Source: an uncultured Granulosicoccus sp. (GTDB lineage Bacteria; Pseudomonadota; Gammaproteobacteria; Granulosicoccales; Granulosicoccaceae). From it: a stretch of DNA of 64,000 nt. Both the position numbers and the translations under genes were made by a program. Of this stretch, positions 37,429-47,068 are shown in pieces; position 1 is the first letter of the stretch; every line of letters starts with the position of its first letter. The stretch spans positions 235,538-299,537 of the forward strand of contig CANLNQ010000002.1 in assembly GCA_947492525.1 (NCBI GenBank), written 5' to 3'. The notes beneath the pieces were generated by a model. That model saw nothing but the letters and a program-made list of their open reading frames with translations. It was not told the DNA's origin and ran no database searches.

Positions 37429-37452
37429 ATACATTCAAATATATGAATCTAT
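37429..37452. promoter_or_regulatory. Candidate SoxR/SqrR-type operator upstream of soxX
   Basis: ATACATTC AAATATAT GAATCTAT. Confidence 0.72.
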
Positions 37453-37547
37453 CTATTGATTAGTCGTGCAAACCGCGCTATCGTTTGGCATAAGAACTGT
37501 GAATGCCATTCATCAACGGTATCGAACAACACTTTCGGAGATTCTCG

Positions 37548-38006
37548 ATGACACCCTATAAGCGGCTTCTAGCAGGTTTCACCATCGTGGCTGTCATGAG
37601 CGTTGCCCGGGCCGATGTAGTGGCTCCGGGTGATGTGACCATCGAGAATCTTCGCATCGAGACGTCCTTGACGGGGCAGGCCGGTGACCCGGTGGTGGGG
37701 CGCGAGGTGTTCACCGATCGCAAGCTTGGCAATTGCCTGGCCTGTCATGTCAACAACGATATTCCCGAGCAGCTGTTTCACGGTGAAGTTGGGCCAGCGC
37801 TCGATGGCGTGGCGGCTCGCTGGAAACCGGAGCAACTGCGAACCATCGTCGTGAACGCCAAGGCTGTCTTCACCGATGCCAGCGTCATGCCCGGCTTCTA
37901 TTCCCTGGATGTGGGCGAGAACGTTCGAGAGGATCTGGTGGGTGTCACGATCCTGACTGCGCAGCAGGTCGAGGATGTCGTTGCCTATCTCAGCACTCTC
38001 AAGTAA
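37548..38006 (+). CDS. soxX: SoxX c-type cytochrome
   Basis: GDPVVGREVFTDRKLGNCLACH...GEVGPALDGVA...VMPGFY. Confidence 0.93.
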   Translation: MTPYKRLLAGFTIVAVMSVARADVVAPGDVTIENLRIETSLTGQAGDPVVGREVFTDRKLGNCLACHVNNDIPEQLFHGEVGPALDGVAARWKPEQLRTIVVNAKAVFTDASVMPGFYSLDVGENVREDLVGVTILTAQQVEDVVAYLSTLK

Positions 38007-38030
38007 CTACAAAACACGGTGAGCAAGATC

Positions 38031-38492
38031 ATGAACAAGAGCAAACGGCAATTTCTGGGTAGAACACTGGGTGTGAGTGCCGGCATGGCGGTCACGGCCT
38101 TGCTGGGTAGCAGTCGGGCCCTTGCATCGGTGGAAGATGTGCAGAAGGCCATCGAGGCGTTTTCCGGTGGCAAGACGCCGGCAGAGGGTGTGGTGACACT
38201 GACGACGCCCGAGATTGCCGAGAACGGCAACAGCGTACCGATCAGCGTGAGCGTCGATAGCCCGATGAGCGAAGACGATTATGTGGAATCGGTGATGATT
38301 CTGGCAGAAGACAACCCCAGTGCCCTGGTCGCCACCTTTCACTTCAGCCCGGCCAGTGGTGAAGCCGTTGCCTCGACGCGCATGCGACTGGCCAGAACAC
38401 AGAACGTACTGGCGGTAGCGAAAATGAGCAATGGCGATGTATACAGCGCCACCAACAACATCAAGGTCACCATTGGCGGCTGCGGCGGCTGA
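38031..38492 (+). CDS. soxY: SoxY sulfur carrier
   Basis: PEIAENGNSVPI...STRMRLARTQ...KVTIGGCGG C-terminus. Confidence 0.96.
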   Translation: MNKSKRQFLGRTLGVSAGMAVTALLGSSRALASVEDVQKAIEAFSGGKTPAEGVVTLTTPEIAENGNSVPISVSVDSPMSEDDYVESVMILAEDNPSALVATFHFSPASGEAVASTRMRLARTQNVLAVAKMSNGDVYSATNNIKVTIGGCGG

Positions 38493-38518
38493 GCAGAACC
38501 GAACAGGACACAATCATC

Positions 38519-38842
38519 ATGGCAGCAAAACCACGCGTAAAGATCCCCAAGAGTGCCGCAGCCGGTGACATCATCACCGTGAAAACCCTGATTAGCCACA
38601 AGATGGAGTCAGGGCAGCGCAAGGATGACGAAGGCAATCCCATACCTCGGGACATCATCAACACGTTCACCTGCACGTTCAACGGCAAACCGGTGTTCTC
38701 CTGCGATATGGACCCGGCAGTGTCGGCCAATCCCTACTTCGAATTCAAAGCGAAGATCACGGAAGCCGGTACGTTCACCTTCACCTGGGTGGATGATGCC
38801 GGCGAAGTGACGGAAATGACCAAGGACATCGCGCTCAAATAA
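38519..38842 (+). CDS. soxZ: SoxZ sulfur carrier partner
   Basis: VKTLISHKMESGQRKD...IPRDII...SANPYFEF...WVDD. Confidence 0.96.
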   Translation: MAAKPRVKIPKSAAAGDIITVKTLISHKMESGQRKDDEGNPIPRDIINTFTCTFNGKPVFSCDMDPAVSANPYFEFKAKITEAGTFTFTWVDDAGEVTEMTKDIALK

Positions 38843-38874
38843 GACGCGTTCCCCCTGCCACTCTGGAGAAACAA

Positions 38875-39735
38875 GTGAAACGAAATCTACTGATCGTCCT
38901 GCTGGGCACCACCAGCCTCTACAGCATGGTTTCCCGGGTGGCACTGGCTGACCCCAGTGAAGGCCCGCTGTTCATCGACGGCGAGATCGAGATGATCACT
39001 CGCACGGAATCGGTTGACGGTCATCCCTTGCCGGAAGTCATTTCCGGTTGGCACTACCGTACCGAATCCACTCAGGCACTGGAAGCGGACTCGTTTGAAA
39101 ACCCGGGCATGCTGGCCGTCGAGGAAGGCGAGGTACTCTGGAGCACGGTGGAAGGCAGCGAGGGAAAGTCCTGCGAGTCCTGCCATGACGATGCAGCGGA
39201 ATCCATGGTCTCTGTCGGGTCGTCCTACCCCAAGTGGGACGAAGCCAGCGGCAAGCCCGTCAATATAGAACAACGCATCAACATGTGTCGCGTCGAGAAC
39301 ATGGGGGCCGAGCCTTATCCGTTCGACAAGGGTGGTCAGAAACAGATGACGGCCTATATCAAGAATCAGTCATTGGGCAAGCCCGTCGAGATCGACGTGG
39401 AAGAAGGCGATATGCAAGCCTGGTGGGAGCGTGGCAAGGAGATGTACTACACCCGCACAGGCCAGCTTGATCTGTCCTGCGCGTCCTGTCATGAAAGAAA
39501 CAATGGCAAGTACATCCGGGCGGATCATCTGAGCCAGGGCAATGTCAATGGCTTTCCCACCTACCGCCTCAAGCAGAGCGCGCTGGTGTCCTTGCATAAC
39601 CGTTTTCGTGGATGCATTCGTGATACACGTGCCGAGATGCCGGACGCCTTTTCGGATGATCTGATGGCATTGGAAGTCTATACCACCTGGCGGAGCCAGG
39701 GACTGTCGGTGGAAACGCCTGCAGTCAGACAATAA
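38875..39735 (+). CDS. soxA: SoxA diheme cytochrome c
   Basis: Two CxxCH motifs (SCESCH, SCASCH); GFPTYRLK...RFRGCIR...LEVY. Confidence 0.95.
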   Translation: MKRNLLIVLLGTTSLYSMVSRVALADPSEGPLFIDGEIEMITRTESVDGHPLPEVISGWHYRTESTQALEADSFENPGMLAVEEGEVLWSTVEGSEGKSCESCHDDAAESMVSVGSSYPKWDEASGKPVNIEQRINMCRVENMGAEPYPFDKGGQKQMTAYIKNQSLGKPVEIDVEEGDMQAWWERGKEMYYTRTGQLDLSCASCHERNNGKYIRADHLSQGNVNGFPTYRLKQSALVSLHNRFRGCIRDTRAEMPDAFSDDLMALEVYTTWRSQGLSVETPAVRQ

Positions 39736-39782
39736 GCGCACCGAGCCGATTGCCACGACACAACAAGGAATTCTGAACCGTC

Positions 39783-41474
39783 ATGATGACTCGCCGCGAT
39801 TTTCTGCAATTTGCATCAGTCACCGCCGCGCTGACCGGTTTCAGTGGTGGTCTCAGCCGAGTGGCTGCACAGCAGAGTCTGACTCAGGATGATCTCCTGT
39901 CCTTTGATGCCAAGGGGCAGGTCACCCTGTTGCACATCACGGATATTCACGCGCAGCTCAAACCGGTCTATTTTCGGCCACCTTCCGAGAACATCGGCGT
40001 GGGCGCTTATGCCGGTATACCACCGCACCTGGTGGGTGAAGAATTTCTCGCCCACTTCGGACTGACGCGCGGCAGTGCATTGTCCTATGCCCACACCATG
40101 GTCGATTATGTCGACATGGCTCGGGCCTATGGGCGACTGGGTGGCCTGGACAGAACGGCAACTCTGGTCAATGCCATCCGCGCCGAACGGGGCGATGACA
40201 AGGTTCTGTTGCTCGATGGCGGCGACACCTGGCAAGGTTCCTATACCGCACTCAAGACCCATGCACAGGACATGGTCGATTGCATGGCCCTGTTAAAGCC
40301 GGATGCCATGGTGGGTCATTGGGAGTTCACGCTGGGAGAGGATCGTGTTCTGGAGATCATCGACTCTCTGGATTATCCCTTTCTGGCCAGCAATATCGTT
40401 GACAACGACTGGGAAGAGCCTGTATTCGAGTCCACCAGCATGCGCGACGTAGGTGGCGCCAGAGTTGCGATAATCGGTCAGGCCATGCCCTATACGCCCA
40501 TCGCCAATCCACGCTGGATGTTTCCCGGTTGGTCATTCGGCTTGCGTACCGAACTGCTGCAGCAGAATGTCGATGCTGCCCGAGATGCCGGTGCCGAAGT
40601 GGTTGTACTGTTGTCGCACAATGGGTTTGATGTCGATCGCAAACTGGCCTCCGATCTCTCGGGTATCGATGTCATCCTGACCGGGCATACGCACGACGCC
40701 ATTCCCAAGGCCATCTCGGTCGGCAATACGCTGATTCTGGCCAGTGGCTCGCATGGCAAGTTTCTCGGGCGAGTGGATCTGGAAGTCAAGAACGGCAAGG
40801 TGGTGGATTTCAACTCCACATTGATTCCGGTGTTCTCCGACGTCATCACGCCGGATGCGCCGATGAAAGCTCAGATCGATCGAGTACGAGCACCGTTCGA
40901 GGCAGAGGCCAGCCGAGTCATCGGCAAGACCGAGTCGCTGTTGTACCGGCGCGGCAATTTCAATGGCACCTGGGATGATCTGATCTGCGAAGGCATGATG
41001 GAGAAGCGCGATGCGCAGCTATCGCTGAGTCCGGGTTTTCGCTGGGGTACCACCAATCTGCCGGGTGACGAGATCACCATCGATGATCTGTACAACCAGA
41101 CGGCCATGAGCTATCCCTCGGTGTATCGGCTGGAATTCACCGGTGCGCAGTTGCACGAGATTCTCGAGGATGTCTGTGACAACCTGTTCAACAAGGACCC
41201 CTATTTTCAGCAGGGAGGCGACATGGTTCGCGTGGGTGGTATGGGCTATACCTGCGACCCGGAAGCGTCCATGGGGTCGAGAATCAGCGACATGACCTTG
41301 CTGGAAACAGGTGAAGCCATTGATGCTTCGCGCTCGTATGTGGTCGCAGGCTGGGCGTCGGTCAATGAAGGGGTTGAGGGTCCGGCCATCTACGATCTGA
41401 TGGAGGAGTACATCAGTGAGAAAGAGGTCATCAACATCCAGAAGAACGATGCGGTCAGACTAAAGAGCGCCTGA
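39783..41474 (+). CDS. soxB: SoxB thiosulfohydrolase
   Basis: Tat signal RRDFL; LHITDIHAQL, DGGDTWQG, GHWEF, LSHNG, GHTHD, NPYFQQGGDMVR-like motif. Confidence 0.96.
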   Translation: MMTRRDFLQFASVTAALTGFSGGLSRVAAQQSLTQDDLLSFDAKGQVTLLHITDIHAQLKPVYFRPPSENIGVGAYAGIPPHLVGEEFLAHFGLTRGSALSYAHTMVDYVDMARAYGRLGGLDRTATLVNAIRAERGDDKVLLLDGGDTWQGSYTALKTHAQDMVDCMALLKPDAMVGHWEFTLGEDRVLEIIDSLDYPFLASNIVDNDWEEPVFESTSMRDVGGARVAIIGQAMPYTPIANPRWMFPGWSFGLRTELLQQNVDAARDAGAEVVVLLSHNGFDVDRKLASDLSGIDVILTGHTHDAIPKAISVGNTLILASGSHGKFLGRVDLEVKNGKVVDFNSTLIPVFSDVITPDAPMKAQIDRVRAPFEAEASRVIGKTESLLYRRGNFNGTWDDLICEGMMEKRDAQLSLSPGFRWGTTNLPGDEITIDDLYNQTAMSYPSVYRLEFTGAQLHEILEDVCDNLFNKDPYFQQGGDMVRVGGMGYTCDPEASMGSRISDMTLLETGEAIDASRSYVVAGWASVNEGVEGPAIYDLMEEYISEKEVINIQKNDAVRLKSA

Positions 41475-41521
41475 GGCAGATTGACGAACACCGTCCGTCA
41501 CCGGTGTAGTGGTGTCGGTCT

Positions 41522-41545
41522 ATACATATAATTAATTGAATGTGT
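41522..41545. promoter_or_regulatory. Degenerate SoxR-type site upstream of soxC
   Basis: ATACATAT AATTAATT GAATGTGT in a short AT-rich patch. Confidence 0.45.
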
Positions 41546-41587
41546 TGTCGTCCTGCCAGGCAAGACGGCACTCAAGTGAGGGTGGCA

Positions 41588-42892
41588 ATGGCTTCCAGCA
41601 ACGACAAGACAATCGAGTCCGGCGCCAGACGCCAGGCCTTGAAGAACGGCCTGAGAGTCGGTGCCCTGATGGGAGCCGCCGGTGGAGCCGGTCTCACGGT
41701 GTCAGGCAGGGCCGCGGCCGAGGCAAGTCCTGATCCGCTGATTACCGAAGTACAGGACTGGAACCGTTTCATGGGTGATGGGGTGGACGCCAACCCCTAT
41801 GGCAAACCCTCGGTGCATGAATCGGATGCAGTACGCAGAACGGTGTCCTGGCTGACAGCGGAAAACAAGTCGTCCATCAACTTCACGCCCCTGCACAAGC
41901 TCGATGGCATCATCACGCCGAACGGGCTGTGCTTCGAGCGTCATCATGGCGGTGTGGCGACGATTGCCCCGTCCGATCATCGACTGATGATCAACGGCCT
42001 GGTGGATACCCCACTGGTATTCACGATGGAAGATCTGCAGCGATTTCCCCGTGAAAATCATGTGTATTTTCTCGAATGCGCAGCCAACTCCGGCATGGAA
42101 TGGCGTGGGGCCCAGCTCAACGGTTGTCAGTTCACACATGGCATGGTGCACAACGTGATGTATACCGGGGTGAAGCTGAAACACCTGCTGGCAGAGGCCG
42201 GGGTGTCGCCACGTGGCAAGTGGCTGTTGCCCGAGGGTGCGGATCCTTCACACATGACGCGCTCGATTCCGATGGAAAAAGCCATGGATGACTGCATGGT
42301 GGTCTTCAAGATGAATGGCGAGGCCCTTCGTCCGGAGCAGGGCTACCCGCTGCGCCTGGTGGTGCCTGGCTGGGAAGGCAATATGTGGGTCAAGTGGTTG
42401 AGACGACTGGAGGTTGGCGACAAGCCCTGGCACCACCGTGAAGAAACTTCCAAATACACGGACCTGCTGGCCGATGGCACCGCTCGTCGATTTACCTGGA
42501 CCATGGATGTGAAGTCCATCATCACCAATCCAAGCCCTCAGGCACCCATTCTGCACGGTCGCGGTCGCACGGTTGTCACTGGGCTGGCGTGGTCCGGCCA
42601 CGGTACGGTCAGTCGTGTGGATGTCTCCATCGATGGCGGGCGCAACTGGAAAACGGCGCGCCTGGATGGGCCGAGTCTGTCCAAATCCCTGCACCGTTTC
42701 TATCATGAATTCGATTGGGATGGCAGCGAGCTGTTCCTGCAGAGCCGCGCCATCGACGAGAAACGACAGGTGCAGCCCAGCAAGGAAGCTTTGCGCAAAG
42801 CGCGCGGCACGAATTCCATCTATCACAACAACGGTATCCAGACCTGGCATATCCGGCCGGATGGATCGGCTGAAAATGTCGAGGTATCCTGA
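41588..42892 (+). CDS. soxC: SoxC molybdoprotein (sulfane dehydrogenase subunit)
   Basis: FTPLH...ITPNGLCFERHHGG...FLECAANSG...GYPLRL...KWLRRL...SIYHNNGIQTW. Confidence 0.95.
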   Translation: MASSNDKTIESGARRQALKNGLRVGALMGAAGGAGLTVSGRAAAEASPDPLITEVQDWNRFMGDGVDANPYGKPSVHESDAVRRTVSWLTAENKSSINFTPLHKLDGIITPNGLCFERHHGGVATIAPSDHRLMINGLVDTPLVFTMEDLQRFPRENHVYFLECAANSGMEWRGAQLNGCQFTHGMVHNVMYTGVKLKHLLAEAGVSPRGKWLLPEGADPSHMTRSIPMEKAMDDCMVVFKMNGEALRPEQGYPLRLVVPGWEGNMWVKWLRRLEVGDKPWHHREETSKYTDLLADGTARRFTWTMDVKSIITNPSPQAPILHGRGRTVVTGLAWSGHGTVSRVDVSIDGGRNWKTARLDGPSLSKSLHRFYHEFDWDGSELFLQSRAIDEKRQVQPSKEALRKARGTNSIYHNNGIQTWHIRPDGSAENVEVS

Positions 42893-42894
42893 TC

Positions 42895-44025
42895 ATGCGT
42901 AACAGCTCTGGCAATTCATTCATGCAACGTTCTGCGCTTCTGACGCTGATCATGGGGGCAGCCCTGCTGTCAGCAGCCGCGCGAGTAAGCGCCGCAGGTG
43001 ATGCGGATGCGGGCAAGAAGCTGTTCCCGCAGTGCGCAGCCTGCCATGCGGTAGGCGAGGGCGCCCGGCATCTCTACGGGCCGATGCTCAATGGTGTCAC
43101 CGAGCGTCCCGCAGCCAGCGCTGAAGGCTACAGCTACTCTGACGCCATGAAGCGTTCCGTGGAGGAAGGGCTTGTCTGGGATGATGCAACGCTGGATGCC
43201 TATCTGGAATCGCCCATGAGCTACATCTCCGGCACAAAGATGGCTTTTGCGGGAATACCCGACGAAGGGCAGCGGCAGGACATGGTCGCCTTCCTGAAAA
43301 GAATCGCCACGGATGGGACGGGGGTTGTCGAAGAGATCTCACAGGCTGAGCAGGCAGATTCCAGCCCGGTTGCCGAGGAAGAGCCCCGGCCACTGGCGCG
43401 CGACACCGTTGTCCCCGAACATGGGGTGTTGCATCTGGGGCGAGCAGCGCTGCCTGAAGAGGTCGCCGCCTGGGATATCGACATTCGACCTGATGGACAG
43501 GGGCTGCCGGCGGGCAGTGGCAGTGTGGAGGCGGGCGTGGATATCTATGACACGCAATGTGCCATGTGCCATGGCGTCTTTGGTGAAGGCGAGGGCCGAT
43601 GGCCGGTTCTTGCCGGTGGCTTCGACAGCCTGACGGATGAACGACCTGAAAAGACGGTGGGATCCTACTGGCCTTATCTGTCTACGGTATTCGATTACGT
43701 CAGGCGGGCCATGCCCTTCGGCAACGCACGTTCGCTCTCTGACGACGAGGTCTATTCGCTGACGGCCTATCTGTTGTATCTCAACGATCTGGTGGACGAG
43801 GAGTTCACGCTGTCAGCCGGCAATTTCGACGCCATCGCGATGCCCAATGTCGATCACTTCATCGATGATGATCGCATGGAGGAACCGCAGTATGCCGCCA
43901 TCGAAGAGCCCTGCATGCAGGATTGCCTGCCGGGTAGTGCGGTGGTGACCCAGCGTGCGCGTATTCTCGATGTGACGCCCGATGGTGGTGGTGACGATGA
44001 TGCCGCGGGTGGCAGTATCGACTGA
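42895..44025 (+). CDS. soxD: SoxD diheme cytochrome c (cytochrome c2-like domain first, SoxD1-like domain second)
   Basis: QCAACH...GPMLNGV...GTKMAFAG, then LGRAALPEEVAAWDIDIRPDGQGLP...QCAMCH...KTVGSYWPY...AMPFGN. Confidence 0.9.
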   Translation: MRNSSGNSFMQRSALLTLIMGAALLSAAARVSAAGDADAGKKLFPQCAACHAVGEGARHLYGPMLNGVTERPAASAEGYSYSDAMKRSVEEGLVWDDATLDAYLESPMSYISGTKMAFAGIPDEGQRQDMVAFLKRIATDGTGVVEEISQAEQADSSPVAEEEPRPLARDTVVPEHGVLHLGRAALPEEVAAWDIDIRPDGQGLPAGSGSVEAGVDIYDTQCAMCHGVFGEGEGRWPVLAGGFDSLTDERPEKTVGSYWPYLSTVFDYVRRAMPFGNARSLSDDEVYSLTAYLLYLNDLVDEEFTLSAGNFDAIAMPNVDHFIDDDRMEEPQYAAIEEPCMQDCLPGSAVVTQRARILDVTPDGGGDDDAAGGSID

Positions 44026-44048
44026 ACTCGCAAGGCGAGGAGTGAGTG

Positions 44049-45056
44049 ATGAATAGACGAGAGTTTACAAGCCTGGCTCTAATGGGGCTGGGTAGTGGTG
44101 TGGCGTCTGCGCCCGCGCTTACGAGAAGCCTGCCGGCAGAGTCATCGCTGTTCGGTCGACAGTACGCTCCCGTGCCTCGCCAGAGTGCATTGAACGCATC
44201 CGGATCTTCAACCGAGTTTTCAACCGAGTTTGGAGAGGGGCAACTGAATGTTCTCAGCGATGGTCATCTGCAGTTGCCTGTCAGTTTTCTGCAGCCTGCA
44301 GGAATCGAAGACACTGAGCTGCAGGAATTGCTGGAGCGCTATCAACTGACAGGTGATGCCTATACGCCAGCCTGCAATATCAGTGTGTGGCAGCAGGGTG
44401 GTCGCACCGTTCTGTTCGATGTGGGAGCGGGCTCGCAGTTCATGATGTCTGCCGGTCAATTACCTGAGGCCCTGGACGCAGCCGGCATCAGTCCGGAATC
44501 GGTAACCGATATCATTCTCACTCATGCGCACCCGGATCATCTCTGGGGCCTGCTCGACGATTTTGACGATCTGCTCTACAGCAACGCCACCATTCACATT
44601 CATCGCGATGAACTGGATTACTGGCAGGCGGAGGATACGCTCTCCCGAACACCGGAGTCTCGTCAGAGTTTCGTGGTCGGTGCGCAATCACGGCTGTCAC
44701 GCGCCGAAGAGCAGGTGTCGGTCTTTGCTTCCGGTGACGAAGTGCTTCCCGGCATCGAAGCGGTGGATACGCGCGGGCACACACCGGGTCATACCTCTCT
44801 GGCTATCCATCAGGGAAGCGAGAGTGTGCTGATTGTGGGCGATGCCCTGAACAACGTCGCCCTCTCCTTCGAGTATCCTCGTCTGCCATCCCCGGCCGAT
44901 CAGGATCCGGAGCAGGCGGCTCTTACCCGGATGGCATTGCTGGACAGGCTCGCTTCAGAGAAGATGCGTATGATCGGTTTTCATATGCCCACACCAGGGT
45001 TCGGGCGGGTAGAGCGACGCAACTCGGCTTATCGTTTCGTGGCCGAATCGGCATGA
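44049..45056 (+). CDS. Tat-exported MBL-fold metallo-hydrolase (SoxG/H position)
   Basis: MNRREF; ILTHAHPDHLWG (HxHxDH), GHTPGH, GDAL, IGFH. Confidence 0.88.
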   Translation: MNRREFTSLALMGLGSGVASAPALTRSLPAESSLFGRQYAPVPRQSALNASGSSTEFSTEFGEGQLNVLSDGHLQLPVSFLQPAGIEDTELQELLERYQLTGDAYTPACNISVWQQGGRTVLFDVGAGSQFMMSAGQLPEALDAAGISPESVTDIILTHAHPDHLWGLLDDFDDLLYSNATIHIHRDELDYWQAEDTLSRTPESRQSFVVGAQSRLSRAEEQVSVFASGDEVLPGIEAVDTRGHTPGHTSLAIHQGSESVLIVGDALNNVALSFEYPRLPSPADQDPEQAALTRMALLDRLASEKMRMIGFHMPTPGFGRVERRNSAYRFVAESA

Positions 45057-45071
45057 GTCCATAGCCGTGAT

Positions 45072-45152
45072 CACGGCGTATACGGCACTCACGGCACTCA
45101 CGGCATTCACGGCATTCACGGCATTCACGGCATTCACGGCATTCACGGCGTG
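45072..45152. repeat. 9-bp graded tandem repeat: CACGGCGTA TACGGCACT CACGGCACT (CACGGCATT)5 CACGGCGTG
   Basis: Read directly; lies between convergent stop codons (45056 and 45163). Confidence 0.93.
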
Positions 45153-45162
45153 CCGCCGATAG

Positions 45163-46236
45163 TCAATCCGAGCGAGACAGAAACGCCGGTGCGCCCTCGA
45201 GCAGCCAGAGCAGACCGATTCTGGCCCCCAGGCAGATGCTGGCGAAAACGATGGGGGCAGACAAGGCCATGACGGACACAGCGGACACGCCTTGCCCGAT
45301 GGTGCAGCCCACGGCGAGCACGCCGCCGGTGCCCATCAGAAAAGCGCCCAGCAGATGCCGGCTCAATTCCCGGGCATCGTCACAGGCTTCCCAGCGAATA
45401 TCATCGTGCACGCGTGCCGCCAGTGCAGCACCTGCCACGACTCCGACCACCAGGCCCACGCCGTAATCCGGAAAACCGCCCGTGACTGCAATGATGCTTA
45501 GCAGCAGGTCACCCGGGGGCATGACGAAGGACGCTGATTCGAGTTGCACCGGCAGGAACAGTCTCTCGCGAAGCATGGCTGTGGCCAGCCAGCCAAAGCT
45601 GACGCAGACACCAACCAGCACGCCGGTCACGATGGCGCGAGGATTGCGACGATAGTGGCTGTCGGACAAGGCCCAGTAGAACAGGGCGGTAGCCGCGAGC
45701 AGAGCCATCGGTAATTGCAGAGGCAAGCCGAGCCAGTGACTCATGAGATCGCCGATGGATTGCGTCGGCGCCTGTCCGAGCCCGATGGACAGGGACTCGA
45801 TGAACTGTTGCCGCCAGTGACCCAGCAGACCTCGCTGCGTGCTGAGGGCCGCCAAGGCAATGGCCACCACAACGATCAAGGAGCGCAGGCTGCCACCGCC
45901 GAGTCGCACCAGCGCTCCGAATGCGCACGTGCCGGTCAATGCCATGCCGATACCGAACAACAACCCTCCCAGTATCGAACCGATCAGGTTCAGGCGCGGT
46001 TCCAGTACAAAGGCCTCGTGCAGGTCGATGGTGCCGCTGAGTGCCAGGGCCTGTGTGCTCGCCAATGCCACCGCCGCTGCCAGCACCCAGGTACGCAGCG
46101 TCGTACTGTCGTTGGCAAACCAGTGGCGTTCAAGTGCGGCGAGTGTGCAGAAGTGATTCCAGCGAGCAACGGCCCCCAGCACCAGCCCACAGAGCAGACC
46201 GGCGAGGGGTAACATCCACGGGTAGGCGCTGCTCAC
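45163..46236 (-). CDS. YeeE/YedE sulfur-compound transporter (second SoxT-like)
   Basis: ARWNHFCTLAAL, FGIGMALTGTCAFG, GGVLAVGCTIGQG. Confidence 0.9.
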   Translation of the reverse strand: MSSAYPWMLPLAGLLCGLVLGAVARWNHFCTLAALERHWFANDSTTLRTWVLAAAVALASTQALALSGTIDLHEAFVLEPRLNLIGSILGGLLFGIGMALTGTCAFGALVRLGGGSLRSLIVVVAIALAALSTQRGLLGHWRQQFIESLSIGLGQAPTQSIGDLMSHWLGLPLQLPMALLAATALFYWALSDSHYRRNPRAIVTGVLVGVCVSFGWLATAMLRERLFLPVQLESASFVMPPGDLLLSIIAVTGGFPDYGVGLVVGVVAGAALAARVHDDIRWEACDDARELSRHLLGAFLMGTGGVLAVGCTIGQGVSAVSVMALSAPIVFASICLGARIGLLWLLEGAPAFLSRSD

Positions 46237-46571
46237 CTGACCGGCTTGCAGAAGATGTCGTACAGCGACTCGACGATGGAGCTGACATCCTGATCTGCGA
46301 TGCGGTAATGAATCTGCCGCCCTTCACGGCGAGTGGTCACCAGTTTGTCCAGTCGCAAACGTGCCAATTGCTGTGACACGGTTGCCTGTGGCAGCTTGAT
46401 GATTTCCTCGATCTCGGACACCGACATCTCGCGCTCGGACAGCAGGCACAAAATCATGAGCCGTGTTTCATGAGACAGAGCCTTGAGCAGTTCACTGGCT
46501 TTGCGAGCCTGTACCGCCAGTGCCTGCATCTCGGTGTCACTGACGTTGCCGGAGAGTTTGGGTAATGCCAT
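46233..46571 (-). CDS. soxR: ArsR/SmtB persulfide-sensor-type regulator (SoxR/BigR/SqrR-like)
   Basis: LKALSHETRLMILCLL...VSQQLARLR...LYDIFC; the two Cys lie in the BigR/SqrR positions. Confidence 0.82.
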   Translation of the reverse strand: MALPKLSGNVSDTEMQALAVQARKASELLKALSHETRLMILCLLSEREMSVSEIEEIIKLPQATVSQQLARLRLDKLVTTRREGRQIHYRIADQDVSSIVESLYDIFCKPVR

Positions 46572-46654
46572 CTACAGATTCATCCACTGTTCGCAACCGC
46601 CATGATCATGGTCGATAGCGTGACTGTTGCGCAGGTAGGTCATTGACGGACAGC

Positions 46655-47008
46655 TCACGGGAGTTTCTCCAGCATGGTGTTCAACAGAAACCAGAAATGC
46701 TCATCGCCGGGATAGCCTATCAGCCGATCCACTTCCTGGCCGTCGTTGATGAGAATGAAGGTGGGAGTCACGGTTGCCGGCCTGACGGCATGCAATTGCT
46801 CAGGCCAGGGTTCACTGAGCAGCAGACGACGCAATGGCGCCTGTTTTCCTTCAGCCGTTTTCGGATAGGCCGGTGCAATCTGCCTGTTGAATCTTTCACA
46901 GTAGACGCAGCCCTCTTCCTCCACCATGATCAATTCTGCAGCGTGAGCAGAACAGGCGGCGACAACCATGGCCAGTGCCAGCAGTGATTTCTTGATCAGT
47001 TGTCGCAT
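46655..47008 (-). CDS. soxS: SoxS-like periplasmic thioredoxin
   Basis: Signal peptide; ELIMVEEEGCVYC...YPKTAEGKQAPLRR...TPTFIL...GYPGDEHFW. Confidence 0.82.
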   Translation of the reverse strand: MRQLIKKSLLALAMVVAACSAHAAELIMVEEEGCVYCERFNRQIAPAYPKTAEGKQAPLRRLLLSEPWPEQLHAVRPATVTPTFILINDGQEVDRLIGYPGDEHFWFLLNTMLEKLP

Positions 47009-47068
47009 CGGTTCTCCGCGTTCGAACACTACGCTCAGGCATTCGGTCGAGATCGACCAGGCAATGGG

